Source: Nanobdellota archaeon (GTDB lineage: Archaea; Nanobdellota; Nanobdellia; Parvarchaeales; Parvarchaeaceae). From it: DNA of 60,745 bases. The position numbers and the translations under genes were made by a program. Location of the stretch: positions 1 through 60,745 of the forward strand of contig JAKAPM010000004.1 of NCBI GenBank assembly GCA_021807085.1, given 5' to 3'. Shown in pieces: positions 1 to 10,500 of the stretch. Every line of letters starts with the position of its first letter. Position 1 is the first letter of the stretch. The notes under the pieces are model-generated. The model was given only the letters and a program-made list of their open reading frames with translations, was not told the DNA's origin and ran no database searches.

Positions 1-1
1 A

Positions 2-325
2 TCTGACCTCGAGAAAACCGCGCAGAGATTTTTCCAGGAATCAAAACGTTACAGAGAACTGTACGAGGAGTCAGAGGCGGAAAGGATTAGAGCCATCGCC
101 TGGCAGCAGAAGGGAAACGAGACCATCGAGATAAAGACCCACCTCGACAACCTCGGCATACTGATGAGGGCAGTCGACGGGCTCCAAAAAGACAGGAGAT
201 TAATAATAAACAGCGACAAGATGGCACTGGGCGCGCCAGCCGACGCAGACATGGCAAACGCGCTGAAAGCTAAAGGGTACAAAAACATCGTCAATAAAGG
301 CCCCTATTACTTAGCGTACGGTTGA
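2..325 (+). CDS. 3' end of a gene entering from the left edge; charged, coiled-coil-like C-terminal fragment of unknown function
   Basis: Frame open from nt 2 to TGA at 323-325 (...RLIINSDKMALGAPADADMANALKAKGYKNIVNKGPYYLAYG*). Its composition is protein-like, whereas the tracked antisense ORF 49..294 is hydrophobic low-complexity. Confidence 0.45.
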   Translation, partial: SDLEKTAQRFFQESKRYRELYEESEAERIRAIAWQQKGNETIEIKTHLDNLGILMRAVDGLQKDRRLIINSDKMALGAPADADMANALKAKGYKNIVNKGPYYLAYG

Positions 326-364
326 ATGGGTTATATTTTATATACCAACAATATATAGAATGAT

Positions 365-3300
365 ATGGCTGAATTTTACAATGCTCCTGAGGTAGAGAAG
401 AGAATCAACGACGGTTGGAAAAAGAGAAAGGTGCTTGACAAAGCGGTCAAGAAGAATGCAAAAGGCGAAAAATTCTACTTTTTGGACGGGCCGCCGTTCG
501 CCACCAACGAAGTTCATGAGGGGACAATGTTGGGGATATTCATTAAAGATGCGGTGGTCAAGTACAAGACCCTTAAAGGGTTCAACGTCAGGGCAGTTCC
601 GGGTTGGGATACGCATGGGCTCCCGATAGAAGTCATAGTCGAAAAGAAGCTCGGGATAAAAAATAAGAAGGAGATAAGGGAATTTGGTGAAGAGAGGTTC
701 ACAAAGGAGTGCAAATCCCTTGTAGACGAACTTATACGATTAAACACAGCCCTAATACTCGACTACGGCGTGCTGTACTTCAACAACAAGCCTTACAAGA
801 CCTACGATGGCCAGTATATGGAATCGGTCTGGTACGCGTTCAAGCGGGCATACGAGAAAAACCTTGTCTACAAAGGATACAAATCCACATGGTTCTGTGT
901 GCGGTGCAGCACCCCTATGGCCAACTACGAGGTCAGGGACAAATACTATGAGAAGGAGGATGAATCAGTGTACGCCCTGTTCAAGCTGGACGACGGAAGG
1001 TTCCTCCTTGCATGGACTACCACCCCATGGACCCTGCCGTCCAACGTGGCGATAGCTGTGAACGGTAAGATAAGGTACGTAGAAGTAAAAATAGGCGACA
1101 AAAACGTTATCCTTGCAAAGAATAGGGAAAGTGTGCTTTCAGAACTAAAAATAGACTACAGCACCGTGAAGGAATTCGACGGCAGCGACCTTCTAGGCCA
1201 CAGCTACTCGCCGCTGTTTCCGGACATACCCCAAGTCAAGGAAAACTCGGAGAAGTTGGGGAGGATAATAGACGGTTCCGAATACATCTCAGAAGAGGGC
1301 GAGGCGTTCGTCAACACGGAGGAGGGTACTGGCATAGTCCACATGGCTCCGGGACACGGGGAGTCTGACTACAAGATAGGTTTTGAAAAAAAGCTACCTA
1401 TACTATCTCCAATCGACGAGAACGGCAGGTTCACCTACAAGGCGGGATGGCTGGAAGGCGAGGAAGTACTGAAAGTAAACGACAAGATAATAAAGTACCT
1501 TGAAGATTCCGGTGCGCTTCTTGGAAGACAGAAGATACTTCACAAATACCCACACTGTTGGAGGTGCAAGACACCGCTAATACCGCTGGCGAGCGATCAG
1601 TGGTTCCTGAACATAAACATGATAAAGGAAGAGATAATAAGGGAATCCAGGGCGATAAAGTGGGTACCGAATATATCTCTCGAGATGTTCGAATCCTGGC
1701 TTTCGAATGCACAAGACTGGGTGATATCGAGACAGAGGTATTGGAACACGACCATACCCGTATGGGTTTGCGGTACGTGCAAGAAGGAGACTGTCATCGG
1801 CAGCAAGGCCGAATTAGTCAAACTCAGCAAGACCAAAAAGATAGACGACCTCCACAAGGCAAGCTTGGAAAAAGTGACGATAAAATGCGGCAGCTGCGGA
1901 GGCGAAGCAAAAAGGGTTCCTGACGTCCTCGACGTTTGGATAGATTCTGGGTCCGCGTCATTCGCAAGCCTAGGGTATCCAGACAACAAGAAGGAATTCG
2001 GGTACTGGTTCCCAGCGGACTTCATAACCGAGGGCAACGACCAAATAAGGGGCTGGTTTTACTCCTCGCTTGTCATGGGGTACATAGCCACTTCCAGGTT
2101 AGCGTACAAAAATGTGGTGATGCACAGGTTCGTGGTCGGGGAGGGAGGGGCGAAACTTTCGAAGAGCGAAGGAAATTACAAATCCATCGCGGACCTGCTC
2201 AAGGAGGGATACAGCAGGGACGCGCTAAGGATAACGCTACTGAAAAAGAACCTAGAAGACGACGCCGTATTCGCCATGGAAGGGCTTAAAGAGGATTCCA
2301 GGACGATCAACACTATATACAACCTAGGGAACCTGCTTGTGTCTGCGAAGGAAGTCCTACCGATGGGGACGCAAAAACAAGAGTACAGGCTTAGATTGGA
2401 AGACAAGTGGATAATCTCCAGGTGGAACTCTACCAAAAAACAGGTGCAGGAGAGCATGGAAGGGTTCAGGACCGATGCGGCGCTAAACGCACTTCTCAAG
2501 TTCATCGTGGATGATTTCAGCAGAACGTACATAAAGCTGGCTAAGGGGAGAATATTCGATGAAGAGGACGTAACGGCCTTTCACACGTTTTTGCACGTGT
2601 TCAAGGAGATGGTTACGGTTACGTCGATATTTGCCCCTTTCATAGCCGAATATTCGTTCAGACTGTTCGAGAGTAAGGGAAGCGTGCTGATGTCCGACTT
2701 CCCGGCCTATCACGAGGACTTGATAGACGCCGAGATAGAGTCCAGGATGGAAAACACCATGAAATTGGCACAGGACGTACTGTACGCGAGGGAAAAGACC
2801 TCACTTACGGTAAAAAGGCCGATAACATCGATAAAATTAGTAACAGCATCGGCCAACGAGATAATAGAGGACGTCCTTACCAGACTGACCAATGTCCTGC
2901 ACGTTGAATATGGAGCGAATGCAGACAGCGTGACACCGAGTCTGAACTTCCAGAACCTGAGACAGAGATTCAAGCGGGAGGAGCTTACGGCGATAACCAC
3001 AAAATTCCTGGAATTAACTGGCGAGACAGTACTCAGAAACCTCAAGTCCGGCGTCAAAATAAGCGTGGACGGAAAAGAGTACGTCCTCAGCCAGTTCGAC
3101 GTAGACCTTAAACCCAAATCTCCAGACATAGAAAGGGTGGATGGAAAGTACTACAAGATACTCTTAGACAAGAGCATGACCGATGAAGTGAAGCTGCTAT
3201 GGATTAAGAGAGAGACGATACGTGCCATCCAGAGCATAAGAAAGGAATTCGGACTGAACAGGACGGAAAGGATAAAAGTAAGCCTGCTTATAAACAACGA

Positions 3301-3442
3301 CCAGGACAATGACGTGAAGAAGAGCATTATAGGGGACGTGCTCGGCAAAACTAACAGCACGGAGGGAAAAAGCCAAAAACTAAGAAAAATACAAAACTTA
3401 AATATAGCTGATAATAATATCGTTATAGAGGTGTATGAATAG
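365..3442 (+). CDS. ileS: Isoleucyl-tRNA synthetase
   Basis: 1025 aa. IleRS-type motifs WTTTPWTLPSN, HMAPGHGESDY, DWVISRQRYWNTTIPVW and the KMSKS-type KLSKS are present. The HIGH position reads HEGT (see findings). Confidence 0.9.
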   Translation: MAEFYNAPEVEKRINDGWKKRKVLDKAVKKNAKGEKFYFLDGPPFATNEVHEGTMLGIFIKDAVVKYKTLKGFNVRAVPGWDTHGLPIEVIVEKKLGIKNKKEIREFGEERFTKECKSLVDELIRLNTALILDYGVLYFNNKPYKTYDGQYMESVWYAFKRAYEKNLVYKGYKSTWFCVRCSTPMANYEVRDKYYEKEDESVYALFKLDDGRFLLAWTTTPWTLPSNVAIAVNGKIRYVEVKIGDKNVILAKNRESVLSELKIDYSTVKEFDGSDLLGHSYSPLFPDIPQVKENSEKLGRIIDGSEYISEEGEAFVNTEEGTGIVHMAPGHGESDYKIGFEKKLPILSPIDENGRFTYKAGWLEGEEVLKVNDKIIKYLEDSGALLGRQKILHKYPHCWRCKTPLIPLASDQWFLNINMIKEEIIRESRAIKWVPNISLEMFESWLSNAQDWVISRQRYWNTTIPVWVCGTCKKETVIGSKAELVKLSKTKKIDDLHKASLEKVTIKCGSCGGEAKRVPDVLDVWIDSGSASFASLGYPDNKKEFGYWFPADFITEGNDQIRGWFYSSLVMGYIATSRLAYKNVVMHRFVVGEGGAKLSKSEGNYKSIADLLKEGYSRDALRITLLKKNLEDDAVFAMEGLKEDSRTINTIYNLGNLLVSAKEVLPMGTQKQEYRLRLEDKWIISRWNSTKKQVQESMEGFRTDAALNALLKFIVDDFSRTYIKLAKGRIFDEEDVTAFHTFLHVFKEMVTVTSIFAPFIAEYSFRLFESKGSVLMSDFPAYHEDLIDAEIESRMENTMKLAQDVLYAREKTSLTVKRPITSIKLVTASANEIIEDVLTRLTNVLHVEYGANADSVTPSLNFQNLRQRFKREELTAITTKFLELTGETVLRNLKSGVKISVDGKEYVLSQFDVDLKPKSPDIERVDGKYYKILLDKSMTDEVKLLWIKRETIRAIQSIRKEFGLNRTERIKVSLLINNDQDNDVKKSIIGDVLGKTNSTEGKSQKLRKIQNLNIADNNIVIEVYE

Positions 3443-3976
3443 ATGGCAAAACTGTACAAGGTGGAGAACATAGTGGCCAGTATATCGCTGAAGGTCCAGA
3501 TTCCTCTGAACAAACTGAAGAAGCTCCCAAATACACAGTACGACCCTGAGCAGTTCCCAGGACTGGTGCTAAGGCTTCCAGACATGCACGTCACGTTCCT
3601 CGTTTTCGGCAGCGGTAAGCTGGTTTGCACGGGAGGGAGGTCGCGGGAAGACATAACGATAGCGATGGGCAAACTCCTAAAAGAACTCAGGAAAGTCGGG
3701 GTTAGCGTGAAGAGCGGCTGGAAGATAGAAATCCAGAACATAGTCGCGAGCGGTAACCTCAACAGGAAGCTCGACCTAAATAAGATAGCTTATAGCATAG
3801 ACGAGACGGAGTACAATCCAGAGCAGTTCCCAGGGCTGGTTTACAAGCTAGTAAATTCCAAGATAACCTTCCTGCTTTTTGGCACTGGCAAGATAGTCTG
3901 CACGGGCGCTAAGAATATATCCGAGATAGACGATGCGATAAAAGTGCTGACGGACGCAGTAAAGAGATCAGGCTGA
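3443..3976 (+). CDS. tbp: TATA-box binding protein
   Basis: 177 aa with two internal repeats (ENIVASISL...QFPGLVLRL...LVFGSGKLVCTG / QNIVASGNL...QFPGLVYKL...LLFGTGKIVCTG). The ATG directly follows the ileS stop. Confidence 0.9.
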   Translation: MAKLYKVENIVASISLKVQIPLNKLKKLPNTQYDPEQFPGLVLRLPDMHVTFLVFGSGKLVCTGGRSREDITIAMGKLLKELRKVGVSVKSGWKIEIQNIVASGNLNRKLDLNKIAYSIDETEYNPEQFPGLVYKLVNSKITFLLFGTGKIVCTGAKNISEIDDAIKVLTDAVKRSG

Positions 3977-3984
3977 AATATTCT

Positions 3985-4461
3985 ATGCGTTACAAAGGAA
4001 AGGACGTCTCGCTGTATCTGTATGTGTTAGCGGCTTTCGCCGCCGTCGGCCTGGCGTCGATGGCATACCTGTATCTCGGATTCGGACTCGGCATAAACGC
4101 AATAAGCAACAGCTGCACGATATACAGCACGCCTTTTGACTGCGGTAACGTCGTCACGAGCCAGTACTCCACGTTCCTCGGCATAGACTGGTATTATTAC
4201 GGGATAGCGTTCTTCTCTGCCATTCTGGCTGCGACGGTTGCATTCTGGCTCAGCGATATCAAGAGAACTAAGGAAAGGATACTCTATGCGATAGTAGCTG
4301 TAAGCGGCGCAGGGGCGTTCGTAGCCGCGTATCTGATATACACCGAATTGTTCAGGATACACTATATATGCGAATTCTGCACTGTCGGACACGCATCGAT
4401 ATTCATAATTTTCGCGGCATCGCTTCTGCTTGCCGAAAAGACCAGACATCACCGAGAATAG
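3985..4461 (+). CDS. VKOR-family (vitamin K epoxide reductase-like) membrane thiol oxidoreductase
   Basis: 158 aa with about 4 TM segments, a loop cysteine pair (SCTIYSTPFDC) and a CxxC (CEFC) at the start of the last TM. Confidence 0.6.
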   Translation: MRYKGKDVSLYLYVLAAFAAVGLASMAYLYLGFGLGINAISNSCTIYSTPFDCGNVVTSQYSTFLGIDWYYYGIAFFSAILAATVAFWLSDIKRTKERILYAIVAVSGAGAFVAAYLIYTELFRIHYICEFCTVGHASIFIIFAASLLLAEKTRHHRE

Positions 4462-4503
4462 GTACGACCAGGACTGCTAAAAAACAAATAGATTGACAAA
4501 ATA

Positions 4504-7406
4504 ACTGCACGATTTGCTAGTTTTGGCTGATTAGTAATCGTACGCTGAAAATCTGGGCTTTCGCCTTGATTCTTACACGCCGATTCTATCAACAGGGTCT
4601 TTTTCCCTAGCCTATAACGATGCCTCTTTTTACGGAGGGTTTCAAGCTTAGATGCCTTCAGCTCTTATCCCTTAGCGTGTGGCTACGCGGCTTACCCTGT
4701 CGGATAACCGCTGACTAGTGACGCCGATTCGCTGTTCCTTTCGTACTAGTCGAATCTTCCATTCAAGCATCGAACACCCCCACTAGTTAACTACCGGCCT
4801 GCCTCGCGGCGGCCTAAACTCAGCTCACGGTCCCCTTTAACCAGTGAACACCTGTACCCTTGGCTGCTTGTGCACAACCAGGATGGGGAGAGCCAAAGAC
4901 TGTGGAGCAAGCTGCGAAGTCAATATGAACTATCATCCGCAACAACTCTCTTACGCCCAGGGTAGCTTTTCTGTCATACGAAGGAGTCAAAAAAACACGC
5001 ATTCGTGTTCGCTATGCCCGGCTTTCGCCTCTGTGCGCCTTGCTATGCAGCGCACAGTCAAGCCATCTTTTGCCATTGCACTTAACAGCGGATTTCTATA
5101 CCGCTTAAGATGACCTTTGGGCTCCCATGTTATCTTTTCGTGGGATTGCCACCCCAGCAAAACTGCCCGTCTCCTGCTGTCCCCGAAGGTAAGCAGTATA
5201 AATCAACAAGGGTAGTGTTACACTTTCGGCTATTCTGGCGCCTGAACGCCGGACATAACGCCTGCTACCTACTCTATGCCTGTCAATTTAATACTACAAC
5301 AAGAGATTGCAGTAAAGTTCCTGGGGTCTTTTTGACCCAGTGGAGGTCCCTGGCCTTTGCACCAGGAAGGTGGTTTCGCGGGTTTCCGGATAGGGACAGT
5401 GGGAATCTCATTACATCGTTCGCAAGCCAACAATCAATTGGCAATGGATTATGCTTGCTTAAGAAGGTCACAGTTACCTCCGCCGCTAATAGGTCCTTAT
5501 ACCCGTTGGAACAAGCTTTCGGATACCTATGCTGGGCAGATGTCGCCGACTGTACTAAAGATTGCTCTCTTGCAGTCAGCTATGTTTTTAGTAAACAGTT
5601 AGACTCCCCTAGTCACTGCGCCCTGATACAGCTTTTAAGACCTAATCAGGGATCCCTTATTGCGAGCTTACGGGACTGAATTGCCGATTTCCCTTACCCG
5701 GTTTAAACCCCCCGCCTTAGCCTTCTCAGCCAGTGCACCTGTGTCGGTCTTCGGTACGGTCACCTCGATTCGTGACACCGGTATTTTTAAGAGCGCTGGG
5801 AATCGGTGGATACATTGCTGCAATACCGGAACTTCGACGTTTTCTCGACATTACGTCCCTCGAACGTCTCGTTCCCGTATACGGTCTGACTGGACCGCTC
5901 CACACATCTCAACGCGTAACCGGAGATAAAATCGCTGTGGTTGCGTAATATTAAACGCATTTCCATTTGTCACGCACCTTTCGATGCGGAACTTAGGGCC
6001 GACTAACCCTTGTTAGATAAGCTGAAAACAAGGAACCCTTGCACATACGGCGGATGGGATTCTCACCCATTTATTTGCTACTCCTGGCAGGATTCTCAAC
6101 ACCGGTGGATCCACCATTCCTCACGGAAAGGCTTCTAGTCCACAGGTGCGCCCATCTACCATTTTCCGGCATTAACCGGAAAATCGTGAGTATCGGCGGT
6201 CTACTTAGCCCCGTCCATTTTCGAGTTACACTATCTAGGTTGGTAAGTTGTAACACACTTTTTAAAGGATGGCCGCTTCTGAGCCCACCTCCCAACTGTT
6301 TTAGAAAGTGTTTCTCTTTAATTCACTTAGTAGACACTTAAGGGCCTTAACTCACGGCTAGGTTTTTTCCTTCTCGGTGTAAAACTTTACGCCATACACC
6401 CAACTCACACAACGTAATCTGTTGGCATTCTGAGTTTGACAATGTTGTGGGACCTTTCGGTCCCTACAGAACAAAATCAGTGTCTTTACCACCAATAGAC
6501 CGATGTGCAAGCTATCCTATGGGATATTTCGATGGGAACCAGCTATCGCCGCGTACGATTGGTTTTTCGCCCCTATACGCACGTCAACAGAGGAGTTAGT
6601 TCCCCACCTGATCGGGCCTCCATGGGAAGTAATCCCCACTTCGCCCTGCGCACGTATAGATCACGCGGCTTCGGGTCTTGCAGATGTGACTCACGGCAGT
6701 TTCCTACCGGTACCCGTGAAGGTACTCGCTTTCGCTACGGCTCCCTTTTGGTTAGCCTCGCCACACCCACAAACTCCCTGCCCCTTTATGCTAAAAGGAT
6801 GCTGCAACACTCGATCCTGTTTATCTTTATTCGCAGGATCACAACGCGCCGCAACAACTATCACTATCAGATTTCAGGTTCTTTTCACCCTCTCGTCGAG
6901 AGTGCTTTTCAACTTTCGCTCACGCTACTATACTCTATCGGTTTCGGGTAGTATTTAGGGTTGGATGTTTTTGACACCCGTGTTCGCAGAAGAGTCTCGA
7001 CCTCTGCTACTCTACGTGACGACCGTGTTTCTACAGGCTACGAGGCTGTCACTCTCTATGACGCGACATTCCAGTCGACTTTGCCCGTATCCGCACAGCC
7101 GTTTACCACACCACATCTCTGCATTGCTGCAGATTCGGATCGCCCTTCTCCCTTTTCGTTCGCCATTACTAAGGGAATCTCGTTGATTTCTTTTCCTGCA
7201 GGTACTAAAATGTTTTAGTTCCCTGCGTTTCCCTCCCCGCCCGTTGGGCGGGGATCCGTGCCTACGCACGGGCTTCACGCATTCAGAAACGATGTGATCA
7301 ACAGCCGTCTGCGCCTACCACATCGTTATCGCAACTTGCTGCGTCCTTCTTCGGCTCCCGAACCAAGTCATCCATCTGATAGCTTGGAGTTAGCAAATCG
7401 TGCAGT
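4504..7406 (-). rRNA. rrl: 23S (LSU) rRNA, unlinked to 16S/5S
   Basis: The reverse complement contains LSU hallmarks: 5' GGAUGACUUGGUUCGGGAGCCGAAGAAGGACGCAGCAAG, GTPase-centre-like GGGCUCAGAAGCGGCCAUCCUUUAAA, A-loop GGUGUUCAC, an SRL-like CUAGUACGAAAGGAAC and 3' GGGAUAAGAGCUGAAGGCAUCUAAGCUUGAAACC. A 16-bp terminal helix pairs 4504-4519 with 7391-7406. The ends are approximate. Confidence 0.93.
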
Positions 7407-7577
7407 CTCATCGATACGTAAACGTACCTTGACGCTTCCTTCTTTATAGTAAATATAAAGGAGTGCATTTTTGTCAATCAATAAATATCACTTAGGTTTG
7501 TGGACTTTATAAACGTTTCTCTGTTACTCGGAAAGTTGTGTCGAGTATAATACTATAATTATTGTGTCCACTCTGTA

Positions 7578-10500
7578 TCAGCTAACGGATCCTAAACTGA
7601 CACTGGGCATCACGCCATTCGGTGGCGTATAAGAAAAGAATGCGTATTGTACAGCTATTACATTATTTCCGCCTGCACCTCCATTTGCCAAAAACGTAGT
7701 ACCATAAATACTTGAATCTTGTGAAAAAGCAGAAAATGAGGTCGTTGAACCTACTTCGACACCGTTTATGTAACTGATAAGGGTAGAACCGTACCAAGCC
7801 TCTGAAAGCAATGCTGGATAGGAATATCCACTATATGTATAAATGCTAGTCGGACCACCTGTTCCACTATTATAATAATAAGCTCCTCCCGTTGTTGTAA
7901 AAAGAGAACCTGAAAAATCTCCTCCCCATCCATTAGTAATAGACTTACCGCCTGTGGTGATAGAATTGCTATTTGATAACTGCACGGGAGCTTCCGAATT
8001 TGCTGAGAGTATGTTAGAAGAATAAATATTCCATGTTAAATCGTTGCTCACGGCATTTGTAGTATAGAAACCGACCGCATCATAGGTACCAAATGCATCC
8101 TTAACTGACCAGCCATTATTAACGGTGAAGGTACCACCATCCCCATTGGTAGCATCTGTTATCCCACTTGAACTTGTTCCAGCGAAGTTCCAGTAATATG
8201 GGAATAAAATCGCTCCACTGTCATATTCCGCATAAGTACTTGAAAGCTGTGGAGCTATACCTGTGTTTAGGATGTTCAGCACGTTCTGATTCGTGAACAG
8301 CATCTGGATACCTACATTACCATTGGCGGGTATGGTTCCAACTTTTAGCCAATATGTTGCAATCTCGTCGTAAGAGGAAGCGTTCTCTCTCCACGACGGG
8401 ATGACTGTTCCGTTCGGCCATATAAACAGTACATTACTCATTTCGGTGTTGGCATACGACTCGTAATTAGCCATGTTCACGTTAAGATACTGCTCGAACC
8501 CGGAAGGTGTCGCGCTGCTCTGCGAATTCGACAGAGTTACCGGCACGTACGTACATTCACTCAGCGAATTCGAGAACGCCACCCCGACCGTCGAACCGGC
8601 AGTTGCGCTAGACGAGGAAGGCGAGGGATTAGCCGAGGAGTTATAGCAGTTGTAATCTTCGTGCATTAAAGGAAAAGAGCCTGTCTGCTGTATGGTTATT
8701 GCAGAGGGACTGACGGGATTCGCCGTCACATCCGAGTAAGGAAGCAAATCTACGGAATTGCTGTTCGGTGTCCATGCTATGACGCTGAACGCTGACGAGA
8801 GCGATTGAGCTCCGTTGATACCTACGAAACTCATTCCGCCGCCGCATGTGTTCGTCCAATCCACCGCAACCTTGTAGAGACCGGGTGTTACTGATATCGT
8901 GGAAGTGTAAGGCGCAGTCGATGGGGAGGTTCCCTGGCCGTGCCATTGATTCCCGCCGAAAACGCTGTTCCAGGAACTGCTGCCATACGGCTGATAGAAA
9001 ATTTCCGTTCCGTCGTCGGTCCAAACCGTGAACGTGACGGACGATGAAAAGTAGACGTATGCAGTGGCGCTGAATCCTTCGGAATTATAGGGCGAACTGC
9101 AGGAAACTTGGGTGTTCAGGTCGCTTAGCGCGGATGAGAAAGCCTGTACGGGCATTCCGTACACTTGACCTTGGTATGCAGACGTCCCGTAAGACCACTC
9201 TATCTGGTATCCTGTGAGAGACGGAAGAGAGTATGAAAACGCGGGTATGGCAGAACCGCTGGAAGTGGTTACAATCTGCGTGCTTGTAGCTTGCACAAAA
9301 CCGCTTGTTATCCCGTTGTAGGTCACATTCCAGGGATAATTGCTAGACAGTCCGGATTCGTCAAAGGTTGTTGTACACTGTGTGGATGACGAAAAGACTA
9401 TCTGAGTAGTTGAGCCGGCATTAGCGTTGCCGGAACCTGGCGAAGGCGAGTAAGTGGTCGTGCAGGCGTACGATCCGCTGCTGTTTGTTTTCGTATCTAT
9501 CGTATACGCGTAACTGAAAACACTGCCAGAATATGTGTAGGTCGCGCTGTACTGTATGGAATTCGGCGCAGACGCGCTTCCACCGTTACTGTTGTAAGTC
9601 ATTGTCCAGGTATACGCCGAAGGAAGGCCGCTCTCCGAGAATGTTGTGGTGCACGACCAGACTCCGAAATTGTAGCCGACTCCCTGCTCGACGGCCGCGG
9701 AGGCGCTGCACTGTAATCCCGACACGGAAGCCGACGCTGTATAACTAGTAAAGGAAGAGCCGCTCTGGGAAGTAGAGAGGGTTATCGCATTTCCAGTGGA
9801 AGCCGAACCCTGTTTCCCGTCGTAGACAACCGACCAGGTATCTCCAGAAGGCAGCCCCTCTTCGGTGAAAGCGTTGGTGCACGCCGTATTCGCAGAGAAC
9901 GACACTACCACAGTAGAGCCGGCGGTCATGGTTCCGGAGGTAGGATTGGGGGTGTAGGTAGTAGTGCAGTCGGCTGTGGAATTCGCTAGGGTCTGGACTG
10001 TGTACGGGAAGGAACCGGGCGCGCCGAAGAACGTTATTGAACTGGGGGCATCGGCACTCTTGTTTAGGGAAGCGAGTTCAACCGCCCACAGGCGTCCTGG
10101 GGGCAGTCCGTTCTCGGAGAAGGTGGTGTTACACGTGCCGGCAAACTGTATTATCTGGTATTCTCCGACCGCCAGCGACCCAGACGAAGGGGATGGCGCG
10201 TAGGAACACCCGGTGTACGTAAGTGTCTGCACGGTGAAAGAATGCGAGCCGGAACTTACAGGTACGAAGGCTATCATGGAATTGGACGAACTCTGTCCCG
10301 TCCCGTCGTATATTACCGTCCACGTGGTGCCACTTGGGAGGTTCTTCTCTATGAAAGTCGCCTCGCATGAACTGGTGAAGTCCACGCTTTCCGTGTATCC
10401 TGCTTGTAGGCTACCGGCCGAAGGTACGGGCGTATAAGTACAGTTGCTGACCTTGGATGTGTAGAGTGTGAACGAATGCGAACCGAAAGGGGTCACGAAG

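Noticed and set aside
4820-7449. About 20 tracked ORFs of 60-189 aa on both strands between 4.8 and 7.4 kb
   Set aside because: They lie entirely inside the 23S rRNA gene. Their translations are Arg/Ser/Pro/Cys-rich nonsense typical of rRNA read as protein.
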